Assembly (NCBI GenBank): GCA_046498225.1
Contig: JAWOBF010000150.1
Coordinates: 1 to 58,361 of the forward strand
Source: Candidatus Aegiribacteria sp.
GTDB taxonomy: Bacteria; Fermentibacterota; Fermentibacteria; Fermentibacterales; JCC-6
Direction: 5' to 3'
Length of the DNA: 58,361 bases
Shown here: piece by piece, positions 55,906-58,361 of the stretch
Layout: each line of letters begins with the position of its first letter
How positions within the stretch are numbered: the stretch's first letter is position 1
Notes under the pieces: model-generated
The model's input: only the letters and a program-made list of their open reading frames with translations
What the model was told of the DNA's origin: nothing
Database searches by the model: none
Translations under genes and position numbers: made by a program

Positions 55906-57480
55906 TCAGCTGAATATCGAGTTACCGATGAATTCCCTCAGCAGGCTCGTTATAGGAACTATATTCTCATCTATCGGCCGGACGCAGTCCAGAAGGTCAA
56001 GCAGTTTCACCGCCTTGTGGAATGCAGGCGAAGAGCCGGGAACCTTCCCCAGCAGAGGTTCCGCGTACTTCTTCAGCACCGGGAGTTCGTAGGGCAGGGA
56101 CGAGTTGAACATGGCATCGGCTTGCTCCTGGAAGGGAAAGATGTTCATTCGTTCTCCCCTCTTCACGGACGGCCATACAAGTATTGTCTCTTCAGCGCTA
56201 TACCCTCTCTGGGTACTATCTCTGACCATTCGGCGTATCAGCCTGCTGTCGGTTGTGGACATCCTCGTTATCCTGTCTATGTTCAGCTGGGTCAGCGCCG
56301 AGGCGTATATTCGGAATTTCAGCTCCGGCTCTACTCCCGGAGTAAGGGCGTCGTTAAGGCCGTGAATGCCCTCCACTATCAGAAAATCCCTGGGGCCCAG
56401 CACCATGGGAACCGAGGAATCCTTTCTCAACCCGGTATGAAAATCGAATATCGGCGTCATTATCTGCCTGCCTTGCAGCAGCAGTCCGAGGTGCTCTCCG
56501 AACATCTCCGTATGTATGGCCTCAAGACACTCGAAATCAGGCTTGCCATCCCTGTCCAGAGGGGTATCGGCCCTGTTCCTGAAGTAGTTGTCCACATTTA
56601 TCAGCCTGGCGCCGAATCCCATTGCCACCAGGTAGGTGCGCAGAAGCCTGGCGAAAGTGGTCTTTCCGCTGGACGAGGGCCCTGCGATGGTGATTATCCT
56701 CCGCGCGGGGAATTCCTCCTCCAGCTGCTGGACTATCTGGACCATCCTGTACGTCTGGTAGAAATGGCTCATAGTGACCAGACGCTTGCCGCCGTCCTCC
56801 TCTATCCGCCTGTTCAGCTGGTTTATGTCCTGAACGCCCATCCTGGCGATGTGCTTCTCCTCCAGGTCGAACTCCCTGTTCAGTTTCCTCCTGGGTACCC
56901 AGACGTCTATCTCGGGCCATGAGCGGGAACCGGGGAACCTGAGGACGAAATCCCTTTCCAGTGGTTTCAGCTCCCACACGGTAAGCCAGGAGGTGTTCGG
57001 AACGGAGGGTCCCATGGCGAACGCGCAGCTGTCACAGAGACGGTTGCCCCGAATGGACCTCTTCCCAGAGCTCCATGACACCAGTTCCAGTAATTCCTCC
57101 GGCAGCTCACCATGACGGTCCGGGTCGTACTTGACCGTCTCTATGGGAAGGGCCTCCTCGACTATCCTGTTCAGCTCCCAGCTGAGCCTCTCCACGATCT
57201 CGTCCGAGGTCATATGGGGACGGTTCAGGAGCCTGCACCTGTAGCCCAGGGAGATGGAATGCTCCACCCAGAGCGTGGAATCGGGAAATTTTCTCTTCAC
57301 CGCCTGATCCAGAGCCAGTATGAGCCCTCTCCTGTAGACTTCTCTCCCCTCTCCGGTTGCCGCCGGGACCTCTTCTGCGACTTCTTCCTCCGGCAGCCTG
57401 TCGGAAAGGGAGATGAGTCTCCCGTTGCCGAGCTTATAGGCGATGGTCCTGTCAGCGAGAGTGCTGTTTACCTGGTTCAC
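55906..57480 (-). CDS. udk: Uridine kinase with ThrRS-like N-terminal domain
   Basis: IAGPSSSGKTT, DNYF, EGIHGLN, RLIRRMVRD..RG, W.SV..GE...IFPFQE, SLLREFIG; GTG start with GGAGG RBS inferred. Confidence 0.85.
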   Translation of the reverse strand: MNQVNSTLADRTIAYKLGNGRLISLSDRLPEEEVAEEVPAATGEGREVYRRGLILALDQAVKRKFPDSTLWVEHSISLGYRCRLLNRPHMTSDEIVERLSWELNRIVEEALPIETVKYDPDRHGELPEELLELVSWSSGKRSIRGNRLCDSCAFAMGPSVPNTSWLTVWELKPLERDFVLRFPGSRSWPEIDVWVPRRKLNREFDLEEKHIARMGVQDINQLNRRIEEDGGKRLVTMSHFYQTYRMVQIVQQLEEEFPARRIITIAGPSSSGKTTFARLLRTYLVAMGFGARLINVDNYFRNRADTPLDRDGKPDFECLEAIHTEMFGEHLGLLLQGRQIMTPIFDFHTGLRKDSSVPMVLGPRDFLIVEGIHGLNDALTPGVEPELKFRIYASALTQLNIDRITRMSTTDSRLIRRMVRDSTQRGYSAEETILVWPSVKRGERMNIFPFQEQADAMFNSSLPYELPVLKKYAEPLLGKVPGSSPAFHKAVKLLDLLDCVRPIDENIVPITSLLREFIGNSIFS

Positions 57481-58193
57481 GGGTTCCTCCATGGAATTAT
57501 CGGTATTGGGCCAAAGGTATTCTTCGCCGGACAAAGATACAGACAGTGGAGGGATGAGTAAAGCAAAAGAAATGCGCGGAAGATTCAGAATAATGCTGTC
57601 GACTAACCCTTTCGGACTGTTGCCCAGCCGGCCTTTCACCCATTTCCCGATTCTATTCTAATTAACCATACAAAGGGAGAATACGGCTATCCCACCTCTG
57701 ACGGTCCGGGGGCTGCGGGACACCTGTCCGAACCCAGGCGGCACAAGAGCATGTCGTATTATTGCGATGAAGCGACCCTTTCGCGATAAAATGCTCTCTG
57801 GTCAATCGGCGGAGATGTTCATCGTTCGTTCTGATGGTTAAACCGCAGACTAATTTTTTGTTTTAATTCGATATTAAAATGCTTTTATACCACGGTGGGA
57901 TGGCTGGCCCGTTATTATCCCCGGGTAATCCCTCCACCGGTGCTATCCTCTATACATCACTTCTTGAGATGGGGAGTTATGCGGCATACCACTCCCGTTC
58001 CCCTCAAGCACGGTCCGGTGCGAAAGCTGTGAAAGCCGGATTCTGTCGCATTTTTTCAGGAACGGCCGGAACCTCCTCCTCCCTGCCTGAAAAAAGAGGC
58101 AAGGGACTGCAGGAGCTTGACCGGGGAAAATTTCCGAAGAATCTTACGGTCAGAGGAAAACACCTGCTGAGAACGCAAGCCGAGAGGAAAATC

Positions 58194-58334
58194 ATGAACA
58201 TCCTTGTCATATCGATGCTGACCCTGCTCTCGACGCCGGCCCAAGTGATTTCAACTCACCTTAAGCTACTTGGGCCAAAAGCCCGGGTGGTGAGCGTTAA
58301 GGAAAAGGCAAAACGTAAAGATTTTATCAGATAA
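58194..58334 (+). CDS. Short ORF (46 aa) with signal-peptide-like start, possibly truncated
   Basis: GAGAGG RBS, MNILVISMLTLLS then a basic AT-rich tail. Confidence 0.3.
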   Translation: MNILVISMLTLLSTPAQVISTHLKLLGPKARVVSVKEKAKRKDFIR

Positions 58335-58361
58335 GTGTTATCAAAATAAACGAAAGTGAAC

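Noticed and set aside
57618..57632. 15-nt match (GCCGGCUGGGCAACA, minus strand) to the HDV ribozyme core as I recall it
   Set aside because: No upstream P1 partner strand or P2/P3 elements are visible, so the nested pseudoknot cannot form; likely chance
57620..57745. ZTP, c-di-AMP or lysine riboswitch upstream of udk
   Set aside because: Only isolated fragments (GCCUGGG, CCGUCAG, GAGGUGG), in the wrong order or without the required stems
57879..58334. 151-aa ORF from ATG 57879
   Set aside because: No RBS or recognisable domain upstream of 58194; only the last 46 codons have a plausible start

Overview
GC-rich chromosomal segment from an anaerobic diderm bacterium. Three secreted proteins carry T9SS/FlgD-Ig-like C-terminal domains, which suggests the FCB group, possibly Ca. 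Fermentibacterota (inference only). The left end holds a 28-bp XerC/XerD dif-like site (75-102), three ~51-bp repeats each carrying an inverted XerD-arm copy, and a ~45-bp tandem array. From 0.6 to 32 kb are long, mostly minus-strand housekeeping runs: coaE, mtaB, rpsA, plsC, cmk, rluB, scpBA, era-like, cell-wall enzymes, purN, pgi, miaA, mutL, tRNA-Leu(UAA), a stand-alone fusA, rdgB, rph, murI, amidase, smpB, tRNA-Leu(CAG), rfbC and nth. The right half is accessory: a gingipain-like C25 peptidase, an AEC transporter, and an FG-GAP-repeat secreted protein whose frame is interrupted by an in-frame UGA (G-U-C) followed by a SECIS-like hairpin (candidate secreted selenoprotein). Two convergent uncharacterised metabolic operons follow: DUF362 / radical SAM / succinyl-CoA-synthetase-like beta+ferredoxin / alpha / Fe-S aldo-keto reductase, and APC permease / metallophosphoesterase / nucleotidyltransferase-like / class III aminotransferase / sugar-type ABC importer. 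The window ends with an M1 aminopeptidase, a uridine kinase and a long structured intergenic region. No CRISPR array, rRNA or transposase was seen. All calls come from motif recognition by eye; no database searches were run.
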